64,000 nt of DNA. It comes from Scyliorhinus canicula (taxonomy: Eukaryota). Under the pieces are notes generated by a model. That model saw only the letters and a program-made list of their open reading frames with translations. It made no database searches and was not told where the DNA came from. The stretch covers positions 44,293,159 to 44,357,158 of the forward strand of contig NC_052158.1 of assembly GCF_902713615.1 (NCBI RefSeq), given 5' to 3'. Shown here piece by piece: positions 11,187 to 23,450 of the stretch; the first letter of the stretch is position 1; the number at the start of each line of letters is the position of its first letter. Both the position numbers and the translations under genes were made by a program.

Positions 11187-12790
11187 TCAGGAGTCAGACT
11201 CAGAGTCATCCTCTTCTCCTGGATCCCATACCCTTGTATGGATCAGGCAAGAAATTTTAGCATTGTGTGACCGGGGGTCACTCTCGTCATTGCGGATAAG
11301 TCTCCATGAATTGTCCCTGTGCCAAATCGTGGGGTCTAACTGTGAATGAACGTTGTCGGGGTCATCATAGTTGGGCGGTGGGTTTGGGTGTGGGTCTGGA
11401 GTTTTTAGGTAAGTGATCTCCATGGGGTCAGTGGAGTCGGGGTCGAAGTCGCTGAAGTGGGGGCTGTAGGGTGGCGTGCTGTGGCTGTCCTCAGTCTCAC
11501 AGTCACTGTCACTGTCTCTGCTGTGGTAGCTTGTGGGCGTTTCGGGGCGTGGTCTGGAGTCAATGGGCGGAGTCGAGGTCGAGTCCGATGAGGAACTGGT
11601 CTGTGAGGGGGAGGGTGGAAATGTGTCTCGTGTGGGCGGGGTGAGGTGTTCTGCTGCGTCTAGCAGGACATGGTGGGAGTGGTTTGACTGTGTTCCATAA
11701 GCCTTTAACTGGTTAATATGGAACCACGCAGTCTTACCGTTGGGGTACTTTATCCGATATACTGACGGGCTGATTTTGTCCGAAATTGAGTACGGGCCGG
11801 AAAAGTTTGAGGCCAAAAACGTGCTGGGGTTATACACAGATAACATAACCTGTTGCCCAACCTGAAACTCTCTGGTATGGACATTTTTGTTGAAACAGGC
11901 CTTGCTCTGTTTCCGCCTTTTAACCTTTCATAGGGCGTCGGTCATGAGTGTGTGTGGGGTGACACCTGTTGATGCTGAAACAGTGTTTCGTATAAACATA
12001 AGTGCGAATGGGAGCACTGAATCCCAAGTTAAATTGTTCTCCTGTACCATCTTTCTAAGGGTCGATTTTAGAGTCCGATTCATGCGTTCCACTATCCCGC
12101 TTGACTGGGGGTGGTACGCAATGTGTAAATTTTGTTTGATTCCGATTATGGTCAGGACGTTCTTCATGACCGTCCTGTAAAATGAGATCCCTGATCTGAT
12201 TCTATACTTTTGGGGAGTCCCCATCTAGTAAAAATGTGGTGGGTCAGGATCTTTGCGGCTGTCTTTGCAGTGTTTGTATGAGATTGGAATGCCTCTACCC
12301 ATTTCGTAAACGTGCCTATGACCACCAGAACATATTTATAGCCATTCCTGCAAGGGGGCAATGGACCTATAAAATCGATCTCGAGGTTAGTCCAGGGACC
12401 ATTAACGGGGCGAGTGTGGCTGAGTTGTGCCTTCTTAGAATACCTTTCTGGGTTATTCTGTGCACAAATTAAACAGTTCTCGATGTAGTGTGTTAAATTG
12501 TCTCTTAAATTGGGCCACCAACAGAGTTGTCTAAGGTGGGCTGTGGTAGGGTCGATCCCTTGGTGTCCATGACCATCATGCAATAAGGCAATCATTTGAT
12601 TCCTGTCTTTCTCAGGAACCACATACAACTGGTCTTTTATAATCACACCCTCATGTGTGGTCAAATCGTGTTTGAATTTGTCGTACTGGGCCACAAACTT
12701 TCCTTTTAAAATCTCCCGGAGATTTTCGTCCTGCTTCTGTGCCTGTACTAAATCCTCTACGTCTGCCTGTGAGACCTGAACTGAACTCAC
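11187..12790 (-). pseudogene. Retroviral integrase (frameshifted) with long S/D/P-rich C-terminal tail
   Basis: HDGHGH...CLIC zinc motif; IDFIGP, SDQGSHF and GIVERMN catalytic triad; GPY motif; split across ORFs 12164-12790, 11928-12224 and 11187-11846. Confidence 0.92.
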
Positions 12791-12835
12791 AGGGGCTCTA
12801 GCTGGTGCGCTAGCTGGGGGTGTCCAAAAATGACC

Positions 12836-13275
12836 TCACCTGGAACCTGCTTTAGCCAGTGCGTCGGCTTTCACATTACCAGGGGGGGATGATCGATGGT
12901 GGCTTCTAACCTTCATAATGCCATACGTCTTGTCCTTTGCCTTCTCTACGATATGGTGGAGTAATGGGGCTGATGGAAGGGGCTTGCCGTCCGCGGAGAC
13001 AAAACCTCTTCTTCTCCACAGGGGTAGAAAATCTGTGAGGCTGTTACAGACATATACACTGTCCGAATATATATCTGCTTGGCTGGAGAACGAATCTGGG
13101 TGGTTCACTATGTATGCAATGGCCGTGAGCTCTGCTGCCTGCGAGCCTAAGTGACCGGGTAACTTTAGTGCTATCTCCTCTAGTGCATGTCCCTGCACAT
13201 CTTCCACATAAATACCGCACCCTGTAATGCGTTCGTCATCTAAAACTGTGGATGAACCGTCCACATAAATCCGTA
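12836..13275 (-). pseudogene. Second (retroviral-type) RNase H
   Basis: YVDGS, SQAAEL, YSDS, KVRSH and GNVKADALA: all catalytic residues present. Confidence 0.92.
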
Positions 13276-13340
13276 GGGGTGCACACGTGCCCGTGGGCTG
13301 GGGGCTCTGGCTTGAATTCCCTATCTTCCTGGGGGGTGTC

Positions 13341-14680
13341 TTAGCAATGAAGGGTCCTGTGTTGTGTAGGGGTGGCTACTATTTCGCATTCATGGGGTAG
13401 TCCTGGATACTGTAGGTTGTCTGCTAAAAATGTGTGTGTCTTGGTCCGTTTAACTGTTACGTCCCGTCCCTGTAACAGAAGTGTCCATCTAGCTGCTCTT
13501 ATCTGGCTCACTGAACCATCCTTCAGTCGTCCGTCTAAAAGTAACTGTGTGGGCGTGTTTTCGGTCAAAATGGTGATGGGGTTGAGTCCGATAATGTAGG
13601 AAAAATATTGTACTGCCCAGAATACCGCGAGCAGATGTCTTTCGCAGGCTGAGAAACCTTGCTCCACGGGGTCTAATAGTTGTGAGGCATAAGCCACTTG
13701 TCGTAGCTGCTCGTGCCATTCCTGAAGGAGCACGGCCGAGAGGGTCAGATCTGTGCTAGCTACCTCAATTGCATAGGGGGAGAGTTGGTCTGGAACTTGT
13801 AGCGCGGGTGCTGCGCTAAGGGCTTTCTTTAACTCTTCCCCAGCCTCTGTATGCTGCGGAAGACATTCCCAAGGTGCTCCTTTCTTAAGGAGGTCTGAAA
13901 GTGGGGCTGCCTTGGTCGCAAAACCATCGATATGGTTCCGACAATACCCAACCAGTCCTAAAAATGACCGGAGTGCTGAAACATTTTGGGAAAGGGGCAA
14001 TTTGACGATCGAGTCAATTCTTTTGAACTCGATCTCGCGTTTGCCGTGTGTGATGACTGTACCCAATTACATCACTTGATTATCCAATATTTGGGCCTTT
14101 CTGGGGTTAACCTTACATCCGATTGAGTTCAGAAGTTCCAGGAGTTCAGACAGAAGCGTGATGTGCTCTGCCTTGGTGTCTGTCTGCAGCAATAGGTCGT
14201 CCACATACTGTACCAAACATTCAGGTCGGGAAAATTTTGCTAGTCCATTTGCCAGCTGTCGGTGGAAAATGGAGGGGGAATTGTGGAATCCTTGTAGGAG
14301 GCATGTCCACGTGTACTGCTGTCCTTTGAATGTGAAGGCAAATTTGTACTGGCACGCCTTTGCCAATGGGATTGACCAAAAAACCGTTGCTAATGTCCAA
14401 TACCGTGAAATATTTGGAGTGGAGTCCCTGCTTGAGCATGGTCTCGGGACTTCTTGCTACCGTGGGGGCTACTGCTGGGGTTACTTTGTTGAGTTCCCGA
14501 TAATCAATGGTCAGACGCCATGATCCGTCGGGCTTCCTCACTGGCCAAATAGGGGCATTATTAGTCGAGGCTACTGTCCTAAGTACACCCTGCTCTAATA
14601 AGGTCTCTATAACTTTTCCAATTTCTCCCTCTGCTTCGAGGGGAAATCGGTATTGTCTCTGTGGTCTCGGGTTAGGTGAC
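13341..14680 (-). pseudogene. Reverse transcriptase plus degenerate RNase H tether
   Basis: PRPQRQY, KPDGSWRLTIDYRELN, LDISNGF, QGFHNSPSIF, YVDDLL, LRSFLGLVGY; the tether has EVAS and TEN instead of TDAS and TDH. Confidence 0.92.
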
Positions 14681-14720
14681 TGGCAAATGCTGTCCTGTGC
14701 TTATTCAAAAATAACCTTAT

Positions 14721-15227
14721 TCAAAATGCCCTAACCTGTTTGGCCGTGCTAAGTGTGGTCGGGTCAAAACAATAGTCGCCTACTGCGCTTATCCTGTTCG
14801 CATACTCTCCTACTGTGAGCGTTGCGGGTGCTCTGTCTGATTTTGCCATTCGCCAGACACACTGATTTACTGGATCGAACGACAGGCTGTGGGCATTCAT
14901 AAAGTCAATGCCCAATATGTGTTCTGCTGTGCGGGACAGATTAACTAAAACAACGGGGTGTCTGGTGGAGATGTTCCCTCGCCGGATTGATACAGGGGTT
15001 GTAATGTGTCCCTGCTGTGAGTGACCTGTAAAGCCGCTGAGGGTTATTGAAGCTGTAGTGGGCCACGTGTCTGCCTGTGGTGTGGTGGAGGAATTAATGG
15101 TTGTGCGGGATCCTCCTGTGTCCCAAAGTAATTCTATGGGCTCTCCCCGAATTTTCGCCGTGACCACCGGTCTTCCGGATTGGTCCCAAAGGGTGTCACA
15201 GACCCAAGTGGGGGAGCCCGAACACCG
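14721..15227 (-). pseudogene. Retroviral aspartic protease
   Basis: LWDTGG active site and ILGIDF motif; in frame with the gag end across one TGA. Confidence 0.88.
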
Positions 15228-16878
15228 TCAGTCCGTTCCATCCACATTGGTCTGTCCTGACTGCATCCCTATACTGTGGCTAGGCTTTGCTTTGTTCCTG
15301 GTCAGAGTGCCTGTCTGCTGGCCTCTCTGAGATTTCTGCCGGGCATTGCATTTCCGAGCAAAATGCCCTAACTGTCCGCAGTTATAACATTCTTGTGATT
15401 TCGGTGGGGGGGTTGTCCTTTCCCTCATTTACCCATGCGGGGTTTTGGTGTGCTCTGACTGCCTGAATATATGCTGCAGCCTGAGCTTCTTCGGGGTTCT
15501 GTACTTTTATCTTGCCTTGGACAGATTGCTCCCAAGCACGGGACAGTCTTTTCAATACCCAGTTTTCACTATGGGCTGCTTCTGAGGGGTCATAATTGCT
15601 GCAGACATTCTGACCTGCATCTGTGGCCTGGGAGATTATTGTGTGGGCCCATTTAACCATATTTCTGCCTACACTTATTTAGGCCTTCGACTGGGTCTCC
15701 TCTGTTGTACCCTATCGCGTCTAAAATAGTTGTATGCATCTCTTCGAGGGTGCCTCTTCCAACGTTCTGTGGGTCGGGGAGGGTTGCTACTACCGATGAG
15801 TCTAAACTCAAAACTGTGAGCTTCACCTGCTCTTGCTCATCAAGGCCGTACATGGTCGCCTGCTGTTTCACTCGTGCGAAGAATTGGTGGGGGTCTGCAG
15901 TGGGGAGGAACCGGGTGATTTTCTCACACATGTCCCTTAGTTGGGTTACAGTTAAGGGGGTCGTGTATGTGACCTCGGGTGCGCCTTCTGCGGTTGCTTT
16001 TCTTTGGGTGGTGACTGGGTTCATTTTTGCAGGTGCTATCTGATCTGTGGGGGGTTGGGGGGCTTTCCTTTTCTGCTGCGCTGCTAGCGCACATGTTCCC
16101 TGAACATATAGCTGCACTGTTTCACTTAATCCCTGCCAATCTGGGGCATTTTCTTCATCTAACTGTGTCCCAAATGTCTCTTGGAACCCATTCTGTACAG
16201 AAAGCAGAGATTGCAGCTGCGCAATCTGCTTCCTACATTTCGCATGATCCACTGTACTTTGCCTTTGCTCAGTGGTGGCAGCATGGAGTGCCTTTAAAGC
16301 TGCCTTTCAGTCGCTACACTGCTTCTTCAGTGTCTCTACCTGCTTTTCTGCTTCTTCTTTTACCAAGACTGCACGCTGCACATCTTGATAGGCCTTTTCA
16401 TATTGAACTTGGGAACTGCTCAGATGGGCTAGACAAGACTGATGTGCCCTCTTGGAATCATCCACTTCTCTATCCTTATCTACCAGTCGTTGCCTTAAAC
16501 CTAGATTCTCCTTTTCGATGTCCCTGACATCCACTTTGCTCATTCTGTTCTTCTCCTCTAACTCTGCTCGGAGCTTCCTGACAACCTCCTCTGTGCCTCG
16601 CAATTGTGCCAAGCAGGACACAATTGCCATCGGCTTACGTGCTTTACCTATACTTTTCTTATGAATTTGAGATAGGTTCTCCCACCAAGTATGTCCTATA
16701 CACCCGGGACTTGTCTCCTCATTCACACGAAACTCATCCAAAGGGGCCATCCTTTCTCTTTGAGGTACTTCCTGAGTTCCAGCTCCCACACGGGACACTG
16801 GCCTACTCTGCTGCTATTGGTCGCTGCGACAATGAACTGCTCTGGGTTCATGAGGTGTTCCATTGCCTGCATGGCCAT
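15228..16878 (-). pseudogene. gag (frameshifted, probable internal deletion) with N-terminal coiled coil and single CCHC knuckle
   Basis: ATG at 16878 ([15 protein letters not shown]...); heptad-like EEVVRKLRAELEEK...VETLKKQ; CYNCGQLGHFARKC. Confidence 0.85.
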
Positions 16879-16885
16879 CTCTTTT

Positions 16886-18279
16886 TCTCCTAGCTGGTAA
16901 CTATAGGCCGGTGAGCCTCACGTCTGTTGTGGGTAAAGTCTTGGAGAGGATTATAAGAGATACGATTTATAATCATCTAGATAGGAATAATATGATCAGG
17001 TATAGTCAGCATGGTTTTGTGAAGGGGAGGTCATGCCTCACAAACCTTATCGAGTTCTTTGAGAAGGTGACTGAACAGGTAGACGAGGGTAGAGCAGTTG
17101 ATGTGGTGTATATGGATTTCAGTAAAGCGTTTGATAAGGTTCCCCACGGTCGTCTATTGCAGAAAATACGGAGGCTGGGGATTGAGGGTGATTTAGAGAT
17201 GTGGATCAGAAATTGGCTAGTTGAAAGAAGACAGAGGGTGGTGGTTGATGGCAAATGTTCAGAATGGTGTTCAGTTACGAGTGGCGTACCACAAGGATCT
17301 GTTCTGGGGCCGTTGCTGTTTGTCATTTTTATAAATGACCTAGAGGAGGGCACAGAAGGTTGGGTGAGTAAATTTGCAGACGACACTAAAGACGGTGGAG
17401 TTGTAGACAGTGTGGAAGAATGTTGCAGGTTACAGAGGGACATAGATAAGCTGCAGAGCTGGGCTGAGGTGGCAAATTGAGTTTAATGTAGAGAAGTGTG
17501 AGGTGATTCACTTTGGAAAGAATAACAGAAATGCGGAATATTTGGCTAATGGTAAAATTCTTAGCAGTGTGGATGAGCAGAGGGATCTCGGTGTCCATGT
17601 ACATAGATCCCTGAAAGTTGCCACCCAGGTTGATAGGGTTGTGAAGAAGGCCTACGGTGTGTTGGCCTTTATTGGTAGAGGGATTGAGTTCCGGAGCCAT
17701 GAGGTCATGTTGCAGCTGTACAAAACTCTGGTACGGCCGCATTTGGAGTATTGCGTACAGTTCTGGTCGCCTCATTATAGGAAGGACGTGGAAGCTTTGG
17801 AACGGGTGCAGAGGGGATTAACCAGGATGTTGCCTGGTATGGAGGGAAAATCTTATGAGGAAAGGCTGATGGACTTGAGGTTGTTTTCGTTAGAGAGAAG
17901 AAGGTTAAGAGGTGACTTAATAGAGGCATACAAAATGATCAGAGGGTTAGATAGGGTGGACAGTGAGAGCCTTCTCCCGCGGATGGAGGTGGCTAGCATG
18001 AGGGGATATAGCCTTAAATTGAGGGGTAATAGATATAGGACAGACGTCAGAGGTAGGTTTTTTACGCAAAGAGTGGTGAGGCCGTGGAATGCCCTACCTG
18101 CAACAGTAGTGAACTCGCCAACATTGAGGGCATTTAAAAGTTTATTTGATAAGCATATGGATGATAATGGAATAGTGTAGGTTAGATGGCCTTTAGTTTT
18201 TGACTTCCCATGTCGGTGCAACATCATGGGCCAAAGGGCCAGTACTGCGCTGTATCATTCTATGTTCTATGTTCTATGC
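16886..18279 (+). mobile_element. Young CR1 LINE inserted just upstream of the gag ATG
   Basis: [33 protein letters not shown]; (ttctatg)n tail; tctctttt duplicated on both sides. Confidence 0.93.
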
Positions 18280-18560
18280 TCTCTTTTAATTTGGAACGAG
18301 GGATATTAAGGCAATGCTTATAAAATACGGGTACGGCTTTCGCTATGTTCCGAATTATAAAACTCCTGACAGTTTGTCGCCACAATAATCTCTCGGTTTT
18401 ACCTTACAACCCTGTTAGTTACGCATGCAAAAAACACACTTCCGAATTAGGAGTATTGATTTGAACTACTTGAACACTCGTGGTTTTTCCTTTACCCAAT
18501 TGGATTTCAGATTCAAATTTCTGGGTTCTCTCGGGAGTGGGGGGGCCACTTCTAATCGAG

Positions 18561-18578
18561 TCCCGTCGGATGTTGCCA
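18561..18578 (-). promoter_or_regulatory. Primer binding site
   Basis: TGGCAACATCCGACGGGA begins 5 nt inside the 5' LTR; the complement extends into a T-loop-like TCGAGTCCC. Confidence 0.75.
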
Positions 18579-18583
18579 CTAAA

Positions 18584-19403
18584 TGTTGCTCGTTTTGGGT
18601 GAGTGTGCTTAACACTCGATTTGGCTCTGTTTTGTTGCTTAGCTTTGGAGTCGCCAGGTATCGTTAAGATACAGCCACAAGTTTCAAGGTCAAGTTCAAA
18701 GCAATAAAACCATACACCAATTAGTAAGTTCAAACAAATGAGTTTATTATAATACAATTATAAACTACTCATGCACACGCTAAGATGACTAAACTATTCC
18801 TACCACTAAATAGACCAATACTTACCTGAATAAGGAACTGCCGGATCAGGGGACAATAGCCTCTTGCTCTGCACTGGGTGCGCAGACTTCAGGTTGGTAC
18901 GGGTTAAAAAGGGGTCAGGAGTGTCTATCTCTGGTAGCGATCGTTGTGAGACACTTACTTGCTGGCAGCTGCTGTCCGAACCTCCCCTCTCTCTCGGTCA
19001 AGGTCTTCTTCGGTAAAGGCTGGTCGAGAGGGCTGGTCAAGAGAGGAGGGCTGGTCAAGAAGAACAAACCGAGTTTGGGACCTGTCTTTTATAGGTCCCA
19101 GGGCTTTGCACCCTTTTGGGCCGATCCTCTATCTGCAGGGGATCGATTGGGTCTGTTCCCAATCGATTTGTTTGAATCTCCCCAATACTGAGGCTGTCCC
19201 GCAGCTACTGGGCGGGCCTTCAGGTGCTTTGTCTTCGAACCCCGCTGGTACCGGGGTGTCTGGCTTCCCATACAATGTTGCAATCACTTCCCTATTTGTG
19301 TCCTTTGTCCCTGGGATCGTTCCATTACTATGCTGACTGTCCTGGAGATTGCCTCATTAGTATGCGGAATGTTCGTTCCGGTGCTGTCTGCTCTCTTAGC
19401 AGA
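18584..19403 (-). repeat. 5' LTR, outer ~117 bp deleted
   Basis: Colinear with 7513-8330 with a few percent mismatches; lacks the TGTAGCCAC terminus. Confidence 0.9.
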
Positions 19404-20760
19404 AGTTCCTCTGGATCCTTTCCATGGACAGAACATCCTTCCTTAGATATAGGGCCATCCCTGCTCTTGTATTCTAGCCCTCTCGACATAAATGCTTCCA
19501 TAATTTGCCTTCCTAACTGCCGACTGAACCTGCATGTTACCATGAGGAGAATTTTGTACAAGGACTCCAAAGTCCCTCTGTGCTTCTGATTTCTTCAGAC
19601 ATTACCCATTTGGAAAATTGTGTATGCCTCCATTCTTCCTACCAAAGTGCACAATCTCACACTTTTCCACATTGTATTCAATCAGCCCACTCTCCTAGCC
19701 TGTCCAGGCCCTTCTGTAGCCCCCTTGCATCCTCAATACTGCCTATCCATCTCCATATTTTTGTATCATTTGCAAACATAGCACCAGTACCCTCAGTTCC
19801 TTCCTCCAGATCGTTAATGTATATTGTGCAAAGTTGTGGTCCGAACACCGACCCCTGAGGCACACCACTAGTCACAACCTGACGCCCTGAAAAATACCCC
19901 TTTAGGCCCGTTCTCTACCTTCTGCCAGTTAGCCAATCTTCTAGCCATGCTAGTAACTTACCCTTAGCACCATGGGCTCTTAACCTATTTTACATCTTCC
20001 TATATGGTACCTTGTCAAAGGCGTTCTGGAAATTAAATATATCAAGTCCACTGGTTCTCCTTTATCTATCTTCCTTGTTAAATCCTCAAATAATTCCAGC
20101 AGATTTGTCAGTCATGATCTCCCCTTGACGAAGCCATGCTGATTCAGTCCTATTTTTTCATGCACTCCCAGGTACTCCGTAGTCTCATGTTTAATAATGG
20201 ACTCTAAAATCTTGCCAATGACCAAAGCCAGGCCAACCTGTCTTTTGCCTCCCTCCCCTCCTAAACAGGGGTGTTGCATTAGCCATTCTCCAGTCCTCTG
20301 GGACTGTTCCTGCCTCCAGTGATTCCTGAAAGATCACCGCCAATGCCTCCACAATCTCCTCATCTATCTCTCTCTGAATCCCGGGGTGTAGTCCACCCGG
20401 TCCAGGGGTTGCGTCCACCTTCAGACCTTGCAGTTTCCCAGAACCTTCTCCTTAGTGGTGGCTACAACACTCTCCTCTGCCCCCTAATTTTCATGAAGTT
20501 CTGGTATCCCACTGGTGTCTTACACCGTGAAGACTTATGCAATGTAACTATCCAGTTCCTTTGCCATTCCTTTGTTTCCCATTACTACTTCTCCAGCCTC
20601 ATTTTCCAGTGGTACGTTGTCTATTCCTGCCTCTCTCTGACCTTGTATATATTGAAAAAATACTCTTCCTCTTTTCTTTCATATTAATAACTAGCTTACA
20701 CTCATAGTTCATCTTCTCCCCCTTATTGCTTTTCTAATTGTTCTCTGCTCGTCTGAAAAG
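19404..20760 (-). mobile_element. Old CR1 LINE body (continuation of 7148-7512)
   Basis: [18 protein letters not shown] and PEDWRMANATPLF motifs, decayed. Confidence 0.85.
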
Positions 20761-23124
20761 GCGTCCCAATCCTCAGCAACTTGCATGCCTTTTCTTTTGC
20801 TTTTATGCTGTCCCTGAATTGCCTTGTCATCCATGGATGCCTCGATAACGACTGCATTTCTACTCTGTGCTGTTTCGTCCTGTGTAGTTTCGTGCCCATT
20901 GATGCCATGGTCTGGACTGCAATCCTTCTGTGTATCACCATTGCCAGCCGTCGCCAATGCTGAGTACCGGTTTGACAGTGGCACACTTCCTGCCTCTTCC
21001 TGCTATTCTAGATGGCCCCACATCTACTGTCATTTTTTTTAATAAGTACCAATTCATTTTTCCAATTTTCCAATTCAGGGGCAGTTTAGCATGGCCAATC
21101 CACTTACTCGGCACATCTTTAGGATGTGGGGGTGAAACCCAAGCCAACACGGGGAGAATGCGCAATCTCCCCACATCTTCAATCATGAAGTCTCCCATTC
21201 CCTTTGGGCTCTCCACCTCCTGGAATGTACACATCCTCCTGGATTCTCCACAGTGATTCCAGCTGCCCCTCAATCTTCGAAAACCTAATCACGAGCTCAA
21301 GTAGTTAGGGCCACTGCCTACACATGTGTCCCCCAAAACACATTAAGTGGCAGAGATTTTCCAACATGTGGCAGGATCTGCACGGATCAGTTGCTCATCA
21401 TTGAACAAAAAAGGAACCTCTATTCTCTCTTTTATAATCTAATCATTACCTTGTTTAAACTATTAATTTTATGAATGCCTCTTGACCTGCTCTGCAGGAA
21501 CACTCGTACTGTATTACACATACACTTACTGTTCTGTCTGTGAGGAGTATGCACGTTCACCCATGTCTGTGTGGGTTTCCTCCGGGTGCTCCGCTTTCCT
21601 CCCACAGTCCGAAGACGTCCAGCTGAGATGGATTGGCCATGATAAATTGCCCTTAGTGGCCAAAAAAGTGAGGATATGTTGTTGAGTGACGGGGATAGGG
21701 TGGAAGTGAGAGCTTAAGTGGGTCGCTTGCGGAGATAGGGTGGCCGTGAGGTCATAAGTGGGTCGTACAGACTCGATGAGCCGAATGGCTTCCTTCTGTA
21801 CTTTATGTTCTTTGTTCCTACGTACTCACCCTGATTAAAATGTTTTGTTTTCCAGCTCGAGTTGAAATGAATGTCCTAATTTATAGAGAAATATGCCCAA
21901 ACCAACCAATTTCCTCCTTTCCTGTAATACCATGCTTTGAGCATTTATTTTAAATTTGGCTGGTTTGCTGCAGCCCCTCCCCCACTGTTCTTTAACAGCC
22001 CCCTCCCCTCCCCCCCCCCCCCCCCCCCCCCCCCCCCGCACCACACACACACACACACACAACGCTCTCACCCTCGTCCTCTCTCTCACTACTGCTCTCG
22101 GGTTTAGTGCCATCAGCAAACTGGATATAGGCTGGCAGTTATTAAATTTTAACAGAGCTCTGGGGATGGGAACAGAAATACCAGCTGACCTGACAGAGCA
22201 TCGGTTCTGTATAAATCCCTTCACTTTGAAAAACAACCACTCACCACTACTTTATCCTTTCTGCCCTTTATCCAATTTTGTATCCATGCACTCACTGCCC
22301 CTTTAATCCCATCTGCTTGAAAGTTGCTAGCAAGCCTATCACTGGGGACCTTTTCAAACCCCTTTTGAAGTCTTGACACCATCAATCTCACTCCCCGGCT
22401 CAATGTACTCTGTAACTTCATCATAGAACTTCATTAAGTATTTCAGTTATAATTTTCGGTAACCAATCTGTACTGTTTATCATTTATCAATCCACTTTCT
22501 ACCGCGTGACAGTGGATTATCTCTCAGATTATTGGCTCTAAAGGTTTCCCCACCAACAACATTGGACTAACTGCTCTGCAGTTACTGGGTTTATCCCTCC
22601 CCATTTTAAACACGGATGGCACATTACCAACCTGCAGTTCTCTGGCTTCACTCCCATATCCAAGGCGGATTGAAACATTGTGGCTGGAAGCTCCGCTATT
22701 TCCACCCTTCCTTTCCTCAGTGATCCAGGATGTGTCACATCCGGATTGGGTTACATTTCTACTGTGAACACTGCCAACCTTTTCATTGCCTCGTCTGTAT
22801 CTATTTTCATCCTGGCCAATTCCTCCACCAGCTCCGCCTTCAGTGCGTCATTAGCAGCTTCTGTGTTCTGCTTTGTTCCCTAAAGTATTGTGATTGAGAC
22901 AAATATCGTCATCCTGCTTTGGAGGTCCCACCGAGCACAGGATGTGGAGGCAACGGCTCTCAGCAGTCCCAATATTTCACTGAAATGAGCTGTCCATTTA
23001 AAGTTCTGTCTATTTAATGAAAGTTCCGCTCTTTGTCTCTTGTACTTTTTTCCTGTTGTCCCTCCGTTTAAATTATGCAGCAGCTCCTTCCCCCTCTGCA
23101 CCTAATCCCCACTAACAATACAGC

Positions 23125-23450
23125 CTCACGGTAGCATGGTGGTTAGCATCAATGCTTCACAGCTCCAGGGTCCCAGGTTCGATTCCCGGCTGGGTCACTG
23201 TCTGTGTGGAGTCTGCACGTCCTCCCCGTGTGTGCGTGGGTTTCCTCCGGGTGCTCCGGTTTCCTCCCACAGTCCAAAGATGTGCGGGTTAGGTGTATTG
23301 GCCATGCTAAATTGCCCGTAGTGTAAGGTTAATGGGGGGATTGTTGGGTTACAGGCATACGGGTTACGTGGGTTTAAGTAGGGTGATCATTGCTCGGCAC
23401 AACATTGAGGGCCGAAGGGCCTGTTCTGTGCTGTACTGTTCTATCTATTC
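23125..23450 (+). mobile_element. Full-length HE1-type SINE present only in the left palindrome arm
   Basis: tRNA-like head (A box tagcatggtgg, B box ggttcgattcc) and CR1-like tail; absent at the mirror site ~31260. Confidence 0.85.

Larger units (their letters stand above)
7513..19403 (-). mobile_element. Endogenous retrovirus-like provirus (lokiretrovirus-like or basal spuma-like), decayed
   Basis: Two LTR copies, PBS, PPT, and gag-PR-RT-tether-RNaseH-IN in retroviral order; multiple frameshifts. Confidence 0.92.

Noticed and set aside
23125-23200. tRNA-like heads at many SINEs
   Set aside because: They have A and B boxes but continue into the SINE body; not tRNA genes
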